A stretch of DNA of 64,000 bases from Candidatus Omnitrophota bacterium (GTDB lineage Bacteria > Omnitrophota > Omnitrophia > Omnitrophales > Aquincolibacteriaceae): contig JAFGHI010000047.1 of assembly GCA_016930235.1 (NCBI GenBank), positions 8,534-72,533 on the forward strand, given 5' to 3'. The stretch's first letter is position 1; each line of letters begins with the position of its first letter. The notes under the pieces were generated by a model that was not told the DNA's origin, ran no database searches, and saw only the letters and a program-made list of their open reading frames with translations. The translations under genes were made by a program, and so were the position numbers. Positions 1-10,792 of the stretch are shown piece after piece.

Positions 1-721
1 AAACGCCAGAACGAAATAAATACCAAGCCTTTGGTTTTGTCTTCATCAATTTCTTTAATTTATTTTCACTAAAAGCTTCATTGCCTTCGAAAGAAATAGA
101 TCGAATCTTATACTTCATTCCTTCTTCAACTCGGACATAAACCGTAGCTTCCTTCGTCGTATGGTTGACGTCAACTTCGGAATCAACCGTTACAAACCGA
201 TACCCCTTATCGCGGTACATCTTTTGAACAGCGGCAACCCCTTCTTTAACCGCTCGCCGATCCAAAATCTGTCCTTCAAGAATCTTGATTTCCTTTCTGA
301 TCTTGTCCTCGCCAAAAATGCTAAACCCCTCAATGATAATCTGCCGAATGATGGGTTTCTCGACAACGTTAACGATTAACTTATACCCGTCGGCCCTTTC
401 ATCCACTTCCATATGGATATCTTCAAAAAATCCAGTCCCGTAGAGCCTTTTGATATCAGCATTAACTGTCTCCTGAACCAGATAGCTCCCTTTTTGAGAT
501 TTAATTTTACTCAAGATTGTATTGCTGCTGATAATTTGGTTGCCACGAATCTCAACTTCGACAATCTGGCTGGCCCGGGCTGCCTCACGGTCAGACACTT
601 TAGTTTCTTCGCTTAACCCACTTTTCGTTGCCGAATAATCACCGTCCATTTCGGCTAAGACATAATGACCACAGATAAACAACATCAAAATTAGGATTCC
701 CATGAAGAGAGCTTTTTTCAT
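1..721 (-). CDS. bamA: Outer membrane protein assembly factor BamA, N-terminal part (runs off window)
   Basis: Not in the ORF track. Manual translation from ATG at 721 (TAATG overlap with the dnaB stop): MKKALFMGILILMLFICGHYVLA signal peptide, then IVEVEIRGNQIISSNTILSKI..DIKRLYGTGFFEDI..VNVVEKPII, a POTRA domain pattern. Confidence 0.9.
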   Translation of the reverse strand, partial: MKKALFMGILILMLFICGHYVLAEMDGDYSATKSGLSEETKVSDREAARASQIVEVEIRGNQIISSNTILSKIKSQKGSYLVQETVNADIKRLYGTGFFEDIHMEVDERADGYKLIVNVVEKPIIRQIIIEGFSIFGEDKIRKEIKILEGQILDRRAVKEGVAAVQKMYRDKGYRFVTVDSEVDVNHTTKEATVYVRVEEGMKYKIRSISFEGNEAFSENKLKKLMKTKPKAWYLFRSGV

Positions 722-2085
722 TAGATTTCTCCCTCAATCCGATGTAACTCCGGGTTATCAAAACGTGTCCATTCTTTAAGGAAAACGAGCTCGATCGAAC
801 CTGTCGGGCCATTACGCTGTTTTGCAATAATAGCCTCCGCTTTATTCCGATTTTCTTCTGTAGGATTATAATACTCTTCTCGGAAAAGGAAAACGACAAC
901 ATCTGCGTCCTGTTCAATAGCTCCTGATTCACGCAAGTCGGACAGCTGCGGACGATTCCCTGTCCGGCTTTCAACAGCACGAGACAATTGGCTTACAGCT
1001 ATAACAGGAACCCTTAATTCTCTGGCCAGAGCCTTAAGCGAACGAGATATTTCCGAAATTTCCTGCTGACGGCTTTCTGAACGCCCTGTTCCCTGCATAA
1101 GTTGTAGATAATCAACAAGAACGAGCTTGATCCCATGTTGCATTTTAAGGCGCCTAGCCTTAGCGCGAATCTCCAGAATAGTTTGGCCGGGAGTATCGTC
1201 AATAAAAATTGGGGCCTCAGACAATTTCCCAGCCGCACTCGTCAGCTTAGGCCAATCTTGATGCGACAAATAACCTGTACGCACTTTCTGGGCATCCACA
1301 CGCGCATGAGAACATAGCATCCTCTGAACCAACTGCTCTTTACTCATTTCTAAAGAAAAAAATGCAAGCGGTTCGCCAAGCACAATCCCAATATGTTCAC
1401 AAACGGCTGAGACAAAAGCCGACTTCCCCATCGAAGGACGGCCAGCGATAATAATAAGGTCGGACGATTGCAATCCTGCTGTTTTGATATCAAACTCATG
1501 AAACCCTGTCGCTAACCCCGTGACGTGTTCTTTACGCTGGTATAATTTGTCAATCGTTTCCATGCTGTCATGAATGATATCTTTCATGGAATAAAATTTG
1601 CCTTCGATTCGGTGCTGACTGATATCAAAGATCATTTTTTCGGCTCTGTCCAAAACTCCCGAAATTTCTTCTTCGGAATCAAAACAATCCTGAACAATAT
1701 GAGTCGCGTTCTGGATCAAACCCCTCAGCAAAGCCTTTTCTTTAACGACATGGGCATAATGAACTACGTGAGCCGCTGTTGGAACCATCGCCGTTAACTG
1801 GGTAAGATAACTAACGCCTCCGACATCCTCGATTTGATTTTTTTTCTTAAGCTCTTCGGAAACCGTCACGAGATCGACAGGATGATTCTTTTCAAAAAGC
1901 ACCTGCATCGCAGAAAATATGCGTCTATGATTTTCGTCGTAAAAGTATTCGGAACGAAGAAGTTCGAGGGCTTGAACAAGAGCGCTTTCTTCGAAAAGCA
2001 TCGCACCGAGAACACTCATTTCAGCATCCCGGCTTTGGGGCGGAACTTTTTCTAAAAGATTTGATGAAATATCCGAATTCGCCAC
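721..2085 (-). CDS. dnaB: Replicative DNA helicase DnaB
   Basis: PPQS.DAE N-terminus, AGRPSMGKS Walker A, DYLQL, SQLSR, LRESGAIEQDAD. Confidence 0.98.
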   Translation of the reverse strand: MANSDISSNLLEKVPPQSRDAEMSVLGAMLFEESALVQALELLRSEYFYDENHRRIFSAMQVLFEKNHPVDLVTVSEELKKKNQIEDVGGVSYLTQLTAMVPTAAHVVHYAHVVKEKALLRGLIQNATHIVQDCFDSEEEISGVLDRAEKMIFDISQHRIEGKFYSMKDIIHDSMETIDKLYQRKEHVTGLATGFHEFDIKTAGLQSSDLIIIAGRPSMGKSAFVSAVCEHIGIVLGEPLAFFSLEMSKEQLVQRMLCSHARVDAQKVRTGYLSHQDWPKLTSAAGKLSEAPIFIDDTPGQTILEIRAKARRLKMQHGIKLVLVDYLQLMQGTGRSESRQQEISEISRSLKALARELRVPVIAVSQLSRAVESRTGNRPQLSDLRESGAIEQDADVVVFLFREEYYNPTEENRNKAEAIIAKQRNGPTGSIELVFLKEWTRFDNPELHRIEGEI

Positions 2086-2106
2086 GAATCTACCTTCAAC
2101 ACAACA

Positions 2107-2553
2107 CTACTGCTGTTGAACGACTTCAACATTAATTGTCGCTTTCACCTGGGGATATATCTCAATATTAACCGCATAGGTCCCCAATGCATGAATAGCT
2201 TCCCGCAATTCAATCTGTTTCTTTGTGAATTGATATCCTTGACGGCCCAATGCTTCAACCACATCTTGAGCAGTGACGGAGCCAAACAACTTTCCCTTTT
2301 CCCCTGCTTTAGCGTCAATCTTAAGTTTCAGCGATTTTAATTTCCCTGCAAACTCTTCCGCCTGATTCTTTTCTTTAGCACGCTTCTTAGCACTTCTTTC
2401 ACGCTGCTCTTCAACAAATTGACGATTAGCTCTTGTCGATGCCAATGCAAGCGTTCGAGGAAAGAGGAAATTTCGCGCATACCCATCACGCACCCGAACA
2501 ACATCCCCTTTGCGACCGACCTTGTCAATGTCCTTAAGTAAAATAACTTCCAT
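2107..2553 (-). CDS. rplI: 50S ribosomal protein L9
   Basis: MEVILLKD..GYARNFL.P, KLFGSVT. Confidence 0.98.
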   Translation of the reverse strand: MEVILLKDIDKVGRKGDVVRVRDGYARNFLFPRTLALASTRANRQFVEEQRERSAKKRAKEKNQAEEFAGKLKSLKLKIDAKAGEKGKLFGSVTAQDVVEALGRQGYQFTKKQIELREAIHALGTYAVNIEIYPQVKATINVEVVQQQ

Positions 2554-2599
2554 CTTTTAAATCCTCCTAATCCTTCCCCTCCACGTACAAGCTATTCAT

Positions 2600-2905
2600 T
2601 TATGCCGTCTGAAAAGCAATAAAAGCAGCATGTCGGGCCCGCTTGATCGCCCTTGCCAACATTCGCTGATGTTTAGCACATGTCCCGGTAATCCTAGAAG
2701 GGACTATTTTCCCTTTTTCTGTTAAAAACCTTCTTATTTTTTCCGTGTCCTTATAATCAATGTTCACGGTTCGTTCAGAGCAAAAACGACATAATTTCCG
2801 CTGAAACAAACGGTTTCCTCCATGCCTCGGAGGACCACCTACTCTAGGCTTACCAGCACCCCTTTTGGGTTTTGTATAAGAGCTTCTCATCGGTTTCTTT
2901 TCCAT
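2600..2905 (-). CDS. rpsR: 30S ribosomal protein S18 (zinc-binding type, basic N-terminal extension)
   Basis: [32 protein letters not shown]. Confidence 0.97.
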   Translation of the reverse strand: MEKKPMRSSYTKPKRGAGKPRVGGPPRHGGNRLFQRKLCRFCSERTVNIDYKDTEKIRRFLTEKGKIVPSRITGTCAKHQRMLARAIKRARHAAFIAFQTA

Positions 2906-2928
2906 TACTTGTTAACTCCTTTATTCGG

Positions 2929-3399
2929 CTAAAATGGGATTTCGTCGTCGGGTTGCAGATCTTTTTCGGAGAAATTATTGGGGCCCCGATCGACAGACCC
3001 AGCTTCTGCCCCTTCCAGGAATGCCGCATCATCTTCCATAGCGGGTTCCGGCGTTGTTTGCCGTGTTCCACGCGATAAAAATTGAACATTTTGAGCAACG
3101 ACCTCGGTTGTCGACCTCTTAGTCCCGTCAGAAGACTCCCAACTTCTTGTTTGCAACCTTCCTTCGACAAAAACAGGACTTCCCTTTTTTAAATACTCGT
3201 TACAAACTTCGGCTCGACGAGCCCACACAACAATACGGATAAAACTAGCTTCTTCTTTCTTTTCTCCGCTTTGAGAAGTGAAATTCCGATTGACTGCGAC
3301 AGTGAAAGTCGCTACCGCTTGCCCGGAAGGCAAATAACGTAATTCAGGATCACGAGTCAGGTTTCCGATCAATAAAACCTTATTAAGGTTAGCTGCCAT
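2929..3399 (-). CDS. ssb: Single-stranded DNA-binding protein
   Basis: NKVLLIGNLTRDPELRY, VEGRLQTRSW, C-terminal DDEIPF. Confidence 0.98.
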   Translation of the reverse strand: MAANLNKVLLIGNLTRDPELRYLPSGQAVATFTVAVNRNFTSQSGEKKEEASFIRIVVWARRAEVCNEYLKKGSPVFVEGRLQTRSWESSDGTKRSTTEVVAQNVQFLSRGTRQTTPEPAMEDDAAFLEGAEAGSVDRGPNNFSEKDLQPDDEIPF

Positions 3400-3425
3400 G
3401 TAAAATGCCTCCTTCGGTTTTCAAT

Positions 3426-3797
3426 CTATTCCTTTGATGACGCCATGTGAGAAACCCTGGAGGTCCTCTCTTCGGGACTACCCCTTTTTGTGTCAAATGC
3501 CTTTGCTACTTTCTGGTTTTTGACCGTAACCATAAAATGCAGCAAGCTTTCATTGAGCTCTAGCATGTTTCTCAACTCAATTGTTTTCCCGCGAGGAACT
3601 TCCATATCGATTACAATAAAATAACCTTCTTTAAACTTTTTTAGATTGTACCCTAAAGGCTTGCGGCCAAGATCGATTTTTTGAACAATCTTCCCGCCAT
3701 TTCTTTTAATCACGTCTTCTAAGGTTTTTTCCTCATTCTTTCTCATTTCCGCCGTTGCTTCTGGCGGAAAAATAAAAACACCCTCATATAACCTCAT
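3426..3797 (-). CDS. rpsF: 30S ribosomal protein S6
   Basis: MRLYEGVFI..LGRKPLGY.LKK..EGYF; rpsF-ssb-rpsR synteny. Confidence 0.95.
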   Translation of the reverse strand: MRLYEGVFIFPPEATAEMRKNEEKTLEDVIKRNGGKIVQKIDLGRKPLGYNLKKFKEGYFIVIDMEVPRGKTIELRNMLELNESLLHFMVTVKNQKVAKAFDTKRGSPEERTSRVSHMASSKE

Positions 3798-3947
3798 TCT
3801 GTTTCTCCTTTACCTATAAATTCGATGGTTTCCCAAATGGGTTAACAAAACAAATCGCTATCTCATAAAGATGGATTTGACTGAGAACCTATCCCTTCAG
3901 TGCGGCCTAAGCTTCTTCTCTGTTAATGACAATTTTGAAGGCGAATC

Positions 3948-3976
3948 AATGTAACACAAAAAAGGGCAATGCGCAA
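3948..3976 (-). promoter_or_regulatory. Putative sigma70 promoter of the rpsF operon
   Basis: TTGCGC-17 nt-TACATT with a TG extension on the minus strand. Confidence 0.45.
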
Positions 3977-3992
3977 GACTTCGTTTCTTGCA

Positions 3993-4586
3993 TTAACCCC
4001 TTTGATGATCAGTATTTATGATATTCATGGCCTTATCCGGAGGATGAACAAGCCAATCTTGAACAGCGTTGTAACCTCTTTCTAGAACTTCAGTTAGCTC
4101 TTCTTTCTCAAAAGAGGTAAAGGTATCAAGGACAAATTCCTCAAGGGGGATATTCAAATCCCCCCTAGAAATTTCATTCCCGATCCCTATTCTCAACCGG
4201 GAGAAACATCTCGTTTGGAGAGTATTTGTAACAGATTTGAGACCATTATGGCCACCATCACTTCCGCTTACTCTAAATCTCAACTTTCCAAAGGGTAATG
4301 CAATATCATCAACAACGATTAACAAATCTTTCGACACATTAATGTTATAATAGGTGGTTATTTTTCGAACAGCTATCCCAGACAAATTCATATAAGTTGT
4401 CGGATACCCCCAGAAAATCTCCTCTTCTTTCCAACGAACGGATACACCATGAACTTCAAGATCGTTCCTTTTAGATGTTTTGCTCTCGAACTTATCTAAG
4501 CAGTACTGAATAAGCAAACGCCCGATGTTATGCCGGGTTCTAGCATATTTCACACCCGGGTTCCCAAGCCCAAGGATGATTTTCAT
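3993..4586 (-). CDS. pth: Peptidyl-tRNA hydrolase
   Basis: MKIILGLGNPG..TRHNIG, YMNLSG, DGGHNGLKS, RLRIGIG; start moved to ATG 4586. Confidence 0.96.
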   Translation of the reverse strand: MKIILGLGNPGVKYARTRHNIGRLLIQYCLDKFESKTSKRNDLEVHGVSVRWKEEEIFWGYPTTYMNLSGIAVRKITTYYNINVSKDLLIVVDDIALPFGKLRFRVSGSDGGHNGLKSVTNTLQTRCFSRLRIGIGNEISRGDLNIPLEEFVLDTFTSFEKEELTEVLERGYNAVQDWLVHPPDKAMNIINTDHQRG

Positions 4587-4650
4587 GAGGAAATCCTTTG
4601 AAATTGCTTCGCAAATAAAAAATCTTGAGGTTTTCGTCCTCGGGATATCG

Positions 4651-5376
4651 TCAGGACTCTTTTTTCTCCTTCTTTTCGGCTGTTTGAGTCCCACCCTCTT
4701 TTTCTTTCGCTGGAGCGGCCTCTTCTTTTTCGCCTTCAGCTTTCTTACCTTTTTCAATGACCTCGGGTTCAGCGGCTTCTTCCGCAGCAGGAACAAGTTC
4801 TTCTTCTTTGCGAGGCGGATGAAGAGCAATCACAGATTCTTCTTCAGAAAGAGTACAAGTCACCGCTTCTGGAATCGAAAGATCCTTAACATGGATACTA
4901 TCACCGATATTCATGCTTTTAACATCAACGGTAATCTTTTCTGGAATCTCTGTGGGAAGACATTCCACTTCAATTTCATGCAAAATAATATCAAGAACTC
5001 CCCCCTCTTTAACCCCGGCAGCTTCTTCAGCATTTTCGATGTTAATAGGTACCTTAACCGTAATTTTTTCCGTCAAAGAAATAACTGTCAAATCCAAGTG
5101 TGAAATTTTGTCGCTCACCGGATTGTGAGTAAGCTCTTTGATCAGACAAGTCGATTCACGAAGAGTAACTCCTTCAACGTTGAGATCGATGAGAACGTTT
5201 TCTCCTGCTTTTGTCTGCAAAGCACGATACAATTCCTTTGCGTCTACAGAAACCGCAAGAGGTTCCATGCCATGCCCGTAAACAATTGCTGGCACCAATC
5301 CTTCTTTGCGGATACGTTTTGCTGCCCCTTTTCCAAATTGCTCACGAGGCTTTGCGTTCAAGTTAACTTTTTCCAT
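4651..5376 (-). CDS. rplY: 50S ribosomal protein L25/Ctc (long form)
   Basis: RKEGLVPAIVYG, HLDL, GVKEGG, LP.EIPE, acidic tail. Confidence 0.97.
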   Translation of the reverse strand: MEKVNLNAKPREQFGKGAAKRIRKEGLVPAIVYGHGMEPLAVSVDAKELYRALQTKAGENVLIDLNVEGVTLRESTCLIKELTHNPVSDKISHLDLTVISLTEKITVKVPINIENAEEAAGVKEGGVLDIILHEIEVECLPTEIPEKITVDVKSMNIGDSIHVKDLSIPEAVTCTLSEEESVIALHPPRKEEELVPAAEEAAEPEVIEKGKKAEGEKEEAAPAKEKEGGTQTAEKKEKKES

Positions 5377-5424
5377 TCCGAAATTCCTCCTTTAAAATAA
5401 TGATTTCAATGTTTCATCAATTTT

Positions 5425-6420
5425 TTAAGCTTCTACCCCAACTTGAGAAAACAATGAACTGACTGATTGATTCTTATGAATCCTAAAAATAGCTTCTGCC
5501 AGTAGTAAAGCCACGGAAAGCTGCTTAATTTTATCCAATTGTTTCTCCGGAGTCAGCGGAATCGTATTCGTTACCACGAGCTCTTTGATCTCTGACTTTT
5601 TGATTCTTTCTATAGCCGACCCCGCAAGAACAGGGTGAACAATCCCCGCATAAATGTCTAATCCTCCCGCTTGCTTTAACGCCCTGACAGCTTCAACAAG
5701 TGAACCTGCCGTTGAAATGAGATCATCCACAATAAGAATGTTATGACCTTCAACCTCACCAATGATATTCATCACATGAATTTCAGATGCATTCTCTCTC
5801 CTTTTATCAACAATCGCCAAAGGACATTCCAGTATACTCGCATAAGCCCGGGCCATCTTGATGCCCCCCACATCCGGAGAAACAACAACAAGATTTTTCA
5901 ATCCCTTTTTTCGAAAATAATCCCCGAGGACATTAATCGAATAAAGATGGTCCACCGGAATATCAAAGAAGCCCTGAATTTGTCCTGCATGAAGGTCCAT
6001 CGTCAGAATCCGATCGGCCCCTGCTTTGGTCAACAAATTAGCAACAAGTTTTGCCGTAATCGGAACCCTCGGTCTGTCTTTCCGATCCTGCCTTGCATAA
6101 CCGAAGAAAGGCAACACAGCCGTTACCCTTTTTGCTGACGCTCTTTTAGCAGCATCAATCAAGATTAAAAGCTCCATCAAATAATCATTCGGAGAATTAC
6201 AAATCGACTCCACGATAAAAACATCTTTCCCGCGCACATTTTCCCGAATCTGGACTTGTATTTCTCCTTCGGGGAACCGCCCAACCAAAACATCCGCCGA
6301 GGGCTTACCCAATAACTCTGCGATTTCACTGACCAACACCGCATTTGAATTCCCCCCAATGATGACAAGATTTTCATGCCCGTTCTTCATTTGTCCTTTT
6401 AATTTTTCTAAGCCAAACAT
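5425..6420 (-). CDS. prs: Ribose-phosphate pyrophosphokinase
   Basis: FGYARQDRK, DLHAGQIQGFFD, VSPDVGG, VDDLISTAGS; alternative start at 6390. Confidence 0.98.
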   Translation of the reverse strand: MFGLEKLKGQMKNGHENLVIIGGNSNAVLVSEIAELLGKPSADVLVGRFPEGEIQVQIRENVRGKDVFIVESICNSPNDYLMELLILIDAAKRASAKRVTAVLPFFGYARQDRKDRPRVPITAKLVANLLTKAGADRILTMDLHAGQIQGFFDIPVDHLYSINVLGDYFRKKGLKNLVVVSPDVGGIKMARAYASILECPLAIVDKRRENASEIHVMNIIGEVEGHNILIVDDLISTAGSLVEAVRALKQAGGLDIYAGIVHPVLAGSAIERIKKSEIKELVVTNTIPLTPEKQLDKIKQLSVALLLAEAIFRIHKNQSVSSLFSQVGVEA

Positions 6421-6450
6421 AGCATTATCCTCTTTGGTTTAATTTCTGGA

Positions 6451-7725
6451 TTATCGGTAACCAGCTTTTTTTTTCACGACCCGGGCTGGGACCCCAACTA
6501 CAACCTCTCCCTTTTTTGTTTTTGTTCTTCTCGTTAACACAGCTCCAGCCCCTGTTCGCACTTGATCGGCAACCTTCACAGGAGCAACAAAAACAGTATT
6601 CGAACCAATCAAGACTTTTTTACCGATTCTTGTCACATGTTTTTTCTTTCCATCATAATTTGCTGTAATAGTTCCCGCTCCCACATTTGTCATATCGCCG
6701 ATCACAGCATCTCCAAGATAAGACAGATGTTTAGCTAAAACCTTTTTACCAATTTTTGAACGATTGACCTCTACAAAAGAACCAATAGCGGCCCCATCTT
6801 CAATACGGGTCCCTGTGCGGATTTTGGCAAACGGCCCTATTTGACAATTGCGACCGATTCGGACTCCCGCTTCGATATAGGACCAGGGAAAGATAACCGT
6901 ATCTCGCCCTATCTTAGCTCCCGGTTCAATATAAGTCTGTTCCGGAAATAAAATGGTAACACCACGCTCTTGATGATACTGAATCTCTCGATTTTTCATT
7001 GTTCTCACCGCCGTTGCTAAATCCTCACGTGAATTAATACCCTGGGCTTCTTCACCCAAAGCTAAGGGAAGCGCTTCTACCTTTTTCCCTTGTTGAATCA
7101 ATATTTCCACAGTGTCGGTTAAGTACAGTTCTTTTTTTCGATTAAGGGGTTTAATTTTCTTCAGAGCGGGAAACAAATCCTCCGTTTTAAAAAGGTAAAT
7201 TCCCGAACTAACCTCTTGAATCCTTTTTTCCGCTTCAGAAGCATCTATTTCTTCTCGAATAGCAATAAAATCACCACCAGCGCGGATAATCCTGCCATAC
7301 CCAAAAGGATCTTGATGCAGCGCTGACAGAACAGTTGCGGAATTGGAAGATTCCCGGTGACACCGCATCAAGGTTCTAATCGTTCTTGGTTTCATCAACG
7401 GCATATCACCGGGCCAGATCAGAACTTCACCAGGATACTTCAAAAAAGGTTGCGTCATCATCACCGCATGTCCGGTTCCTTTCTGGACCTTTTGAAAAAC
7501 CAAACGGATCGAAACCGGCTTACCCTTTTTCCACTCCGCTACGAAAGAACGGACTTCATCACTACCAGCACCTACCACGACACAAAAGTCGCGGACACCG
7601 AGGCTATAAAGTGTTTCTAATACATATCTCAGCATAGCGCATCCCATTACCTTATGTAAAACCTTAGGATGCAATGAACGCATCCGCGTTCCCTTCCCAG
7701 CCGCTAAGATCACCGCATGCAACAC
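6451..7725 (-). CDS. glmU: Bifunctional UDP-GlcNAc pyrophosphorylase/glucosamine-1-P acetyltransferase
   Basis: LAAGKGTRM..PKVLH, GTGHAV, hexapeptide repeats, HLSYLGDA, GAGTITANYDG. Confidence 0.95.
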   Translation of the reverse strand: MLHAVILAAGKGTRMRSLHPKVLHKVMGCAMLRYVLETLYSLGVRDFCVVVGAGSDEVRSFVAEWKKGKPVSIRLVFQKVQKGTGHAVMMTQPFLKYPGEVLIWPGDMPLMKPRTIRTLMRCHRESSNSATVLSALHQDPFGYGRIIRAGGDFIAIREEIDASEAEKRIQEVSSGIYLFKTEDLFPALKKIKPLNRKKELYLTDTVEILIQQGKKVEALPLALGEEAQGINSREDLATAVRTMKNREIQYHQERGVTILFPEQTYIEPGAKIGRDTVIFPWSYIEAGVRIGRNCQIGPFAKIRTGTRIEDGAAIGSFVEVNRSKIGKKVLAKHLSYLGDAVIGDMTNVGAGTITANYDGKKKHVTRIGKKVLIGSNTVFVAPVKVADQVRTGAGAVLTRRTKTKKGEVVVGVPARVVKKKAGYR

Positions 7726-7728
7726 CGG

Positions 7729-8607
7729 TCAGCCCTTTATCCCGCTTAACTTAATACCTTCCACAAAAAACCGTTGATTAAAAACAAAAACAACAAGTAT
7801 CGGAAAAATCATCATAACGGACCCTGCCATCAAATAAGTCCAATGAGTCCCATGTAAACTTTGAAAATAAGCTAGACCAATTGGTAAGGTAAATTTCTCA
7901 TGTGTATTCATCACAATGAGCGGCCACATAAAATTCATCCATGACCCCATAAACGTAAAAGTCGTCAACGTTGCAAGGGCCGGTTTAGATAAAGGCAAAA
8001 TGATGCGCCAAAAGATTCCCAGATAGGTACAGCCATCTATTTTTGCTGCATCCTCCAAATCTTTCGGAAGCGTCAAAAAAAATTGCCTCAGCATAAAAGT
8101 CCCATAAGCGGTAAAAATACCCGGCAAGATCATGGCTTTATAAGTATCGATCCATCCCAAATATCGAAGCAAAATAAAAACCGGGATCATTGTAACAGCA
8201 CCAGGGACCATCATCGTAGCAAGATAAGCGAAGAAAACTCTATCCCGGCCTGGAAAACGGAGCCGTGCAAAAGCATAAGCCGCGCAAGCGCTGGTCACCA
8301 CTTGACCCAAAGTAACACAAAGAGTCACGAAAATTGAGTTTAGATAAAAACGGACAAAGGGTACAACTTGTGATGCTTTAATATAATTTTGCCAAACAAA
8401 AGAGTTGGGGATCCATTCAGACCACCAATCTTTTTGAAATGAGAAAACAGCGCCCGGTTCTTTAAGAGATGTCGTTATCATCCACAAAAAAGGGGCAACC
8501 ATGGTAATGGCGCCAGCACTCATTAAAAGATAAGCCGTTGCTTTTTTTATTGTAACTTTTACCCTTTGCATTCTCTTCATTTCTTCATACTTTGTCATTA
8601 TTGACAC
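7729..8607 (-). CDS. Carbohydrate ABC transporter permease (MalG/UgpE-like, CUT1)
   Basis: AAYAFARLRFPGR, EAA loop DLEDAAKIDG, C-terminal QRFFVEGI..SGIKG. Confidence 0.93.
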   Translation of the reverse strand: MSIMTKYEEMKRMQRVKVTIKKATAYLLMSAGAITMVAPFLWMITTSLKEPGAVFSFQKDWWSEWIPNSFVWQNYIKASQVVPFVRFYLNSIFVTLCVTLGQVVTSACAAYAFARLRFPGRDRVFFAYLATMMVPGAVTMIPVFILLRYLGWIDTYKAMILPGIFTAYGTFMLRQFFLTLPKDLEDAAKIDGCTYLGIFWRIILPLSKPALATLTTFTFMGSWMNFMWPLIVMNTHEKFTLPIGLAYFQSLHGTHWTYLMAGSVMMIFPILVVFVFNQRFFVEGIKLSGIKG

Positions 8608-9513
8608 TCAATGATAATGAACCGTGCGTCCAAAAAATCTCCACTGAATCAGCGTAAAAGAAAAAACAATAATAAACAAAACCCAGGCAATTGCAGCTGC
8701 ATACCCCATATGCCCCCACTCAAAAGCCTCATTATAAAGATAGTAGATAATCGTCGTCGTCGAACCATTTGGCCCCCCACCTGTCATAATATAGGCGGGA
8801 TCAAATCCCGCTTGGAAGCCTCCAATGACACTCATGATCGCAATAAAAAATGTTGTCGGTGAAATCTGAGGCCAGGTCACCGCCCAGAATTTCTGCCATC
8901 CATTGGCCCCATCGACTTCTGCAGCATCATAAAGATCTCGCGGGACACCCTGAAGAGCGGCCAAATACAAAATCATGTTATAACCACCCACCGTTTGCCA
9001 GACGCTCATAATAATAAGAGCCGGTTTGGCCCATACCTCATCCTGCAACCAATATGGCCCCTTTAGATTTAAGTTCAAGAGATCACCAAATCCCGCAATC
9101 ATGTTGTTCAAAACGCCAAACTCGGGATTATAAATAAGTTTCCAAAGAATAAAAATCGCGACGCCTGAGGAAATCGTAGGGAGAAAGTAAACCGTTCGAA
9201 AAAAAACAATCCCCTTCAACTTCTGGTTCAAAATTAAAGCCAATATCAGAGAACCTGCCATGCTGATAGGAATCGCCAGCATAAGATAAACGGTGTTCCA
9301 GCAATACTTCCAAAAGAACGGGTCTTTCACCAACCCGATAAAATTTTTTATCCCCACCCATCGAGGCGGGGATAAGAGATCCCATTCCATAAAACTCAGC
9401 ACCAAAGAAGCAAAAACCGGGACGGAAGTAAAAATCAAAAAACCAACAAAATTCGGCATCAAAAAACCATACGCTGCAAGGGCTTCTCTTGACGAGTTTT
9501 TGATCGCTTTCAT
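8608..9513 (-). CDS. Carbohydrate ABC transporter permease (MalF/UgpA-like, CUT1)
   Basis: [31 protein letters not shown]; start ATG 9513 overlaps the clpX stop (ATGA). Confidence 0.93.
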   Translation of the reverse strand: MKAIKNSSREALAAYGFLMPNFVGFLIFTSVPVFASLVLSFMEWDLLSPPRWVGIKNFIGLVKDPFFWKYCWNTVYLMLAIPISMAGSLILALILNQKLKGIVFFRTVYFLPTISSGVAIFILWKLIYNPEFGVLNNMIAGFGDLLNLNLKGPYWLQDEVWAKPALIIMSVWQTVGGYNMILYLAALQGVPRDLYDAAEVDGANGWQKFWAVTWPQISPTTFFIAIMSVIGGFQAGFDPAYIMTGGGPNGSTTTIIYYLYNEAFEWGHMGYAAAIAWVLFIIVFSFTLIQWRFFGRTVHYH

Positions 9514-10757
9514 GCTGATTTTTTCAATTCCCCTTTTCTGATAAGAACGGGCTCTGTTTTTTTCTCTACAACTTCTTTCGTGATCAAACATTCAGCAACA
9601 TTCGTTTCCGAAGGAACATCGTACATCACATCCAACATCAAGGTTTCAAGAATCGTCCGCAAAGCCCTCGCTCCTGTTCCCTTGCGGATCGCTTGCGTTG
9701 CGATCTCCTCGAGGGCATCTTGTTCAAAGCTAAGCTTAACCCCTTCCATCCTAAACAACTCTTCATATTGTTTTGCAAGAGCATTCTTCGGTTCCGTTAA
9801 AACTCGAACAAGATCCTTTTCGCTCAAGCTATGCAATGTCGAAACGACAGCAAAACGTCCAATAAATTCAGGGATAAAACCAAATTTCAGAAGATCTTCT
9901 GTTTCCACGAAAGACAACATTTCGGACACATAATCATTCTTGGACTTTGAAAAAATCTCGACCCCAAAACCCATCGCTTTTTCTGAAACACGCCTTTCAA
10001 TGATTTTATCCAAATGAGCAAAGGTGCCCCCGCAAATGAAAAGAATATTCTTGGTATTGACTTGGATATACTCCTGCTGGGGATGTTTTCTCCCGCCTTG
10101 CGGCGGGACATTCGCAATTGTCCCCTCCAGCATTTTTAGAAGTGCTTGCTGGACACCTTCCCCCGATACATCCCGGGTGATGGAGACATTCTCCGAGGTC
10201 CGTGCAATTTTATCAATTTCATCAATATAGACAATTCCAAGCTCAGCTCTTTTAACATCAAAATTGGCCGCTTGAAGAAGCCTCAAAAGAACATTTTCAA
10301 CATCTTCCCCCACGTAACCAGCCTCAGTCAAAGTTGTAGCATCGGTAATGGCAAAAGGAACATCCAAAAGTTCTGCTAAAGTTCGGGCAAACAATGTCTT
10401 CCCCGAACCTGTTGGACCAATCAAGAGAATATTGCTTTTTTCAAGTTCAATATCGTCGGTCTTGTCAGAATTTTTAACCCTTTTGTAGTGATTATGAACG
10501 CTAACCGATATCTGCTTCTTCGCTTTTTCTTGCCCAATAACATATTGTTCCAGCTTAGCATTAATCTCTCGTGGCTTAGGGACATGAAGCCCTTCAGACA
10601 CGTTATACTGACGGACGTAACCGGCATGATCCTTCTTTAAGATATCGTAACAAATCCGAACGCAAATATCGCAAATGTAGACCCCGGGCCCTGCGAAAAT
10701 TTTCCGCACATCTTTACGCTTATCGCGTCCGCAAAAGGAACATCTTTCAGAAACCAT
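9510..10757 (-). CDS. clpX: ATP-dependent Clp protease ATP-binding subunit ClpX
   Basis: CSFCG..ICDIC zinc finger, [36 protein letters not shown]; start ATG 10757 with AGGTGA RBS. Confidence 0.97.
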   Translation of the reverse strand: MVSERCSFCGRDKRKDVRKIFAGPGVYICDICVRICYDILKKDHAGYVRQYNVSEGLHVPKPREINAKLEQYVIGQEKAKKQISVSVHNHYKRVKNSDKTDDIELEKSNILLIGPTGSGKTLFARTLAELLDVPFAITDATTLTEAGYVGEDVENVLLRLLQAANFDVKRAELGIVYIDEIDKIARTSENVSITRDVSGEGVQQALLKMLEGTIANVPPQGGRKHPQQEYIQVNTKNILFICGGTFAHLDKIIERRVSEKAMGFGVEIFSKSKNDYVSEMLSFVETEDLLKFGFIPEFIGRFAVVSTLHSLSEKDLVRVLTEPKNALAKQYEELFRMEGVKLSFEQDALEEIATQAIRKGTGARALRTILETLMLDVMYDVPSETNVAECLITKEVVEKKTEPVLIRKGELKKSA

Positions 10758-10792
10758 ACTATCACCTAAAGGATTGAATTTTTCCATTCGCA

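Noticed and set aside
2086-2931. Possible TAG reassignment (rplI TAG is in frame with dnaB; rplC frame is open after TAG)
   Set aside because: ssb ends DDEIPF-TAG and rpmJ ends QRQG-TAG at their canonical termini, so TAG is a normal stop
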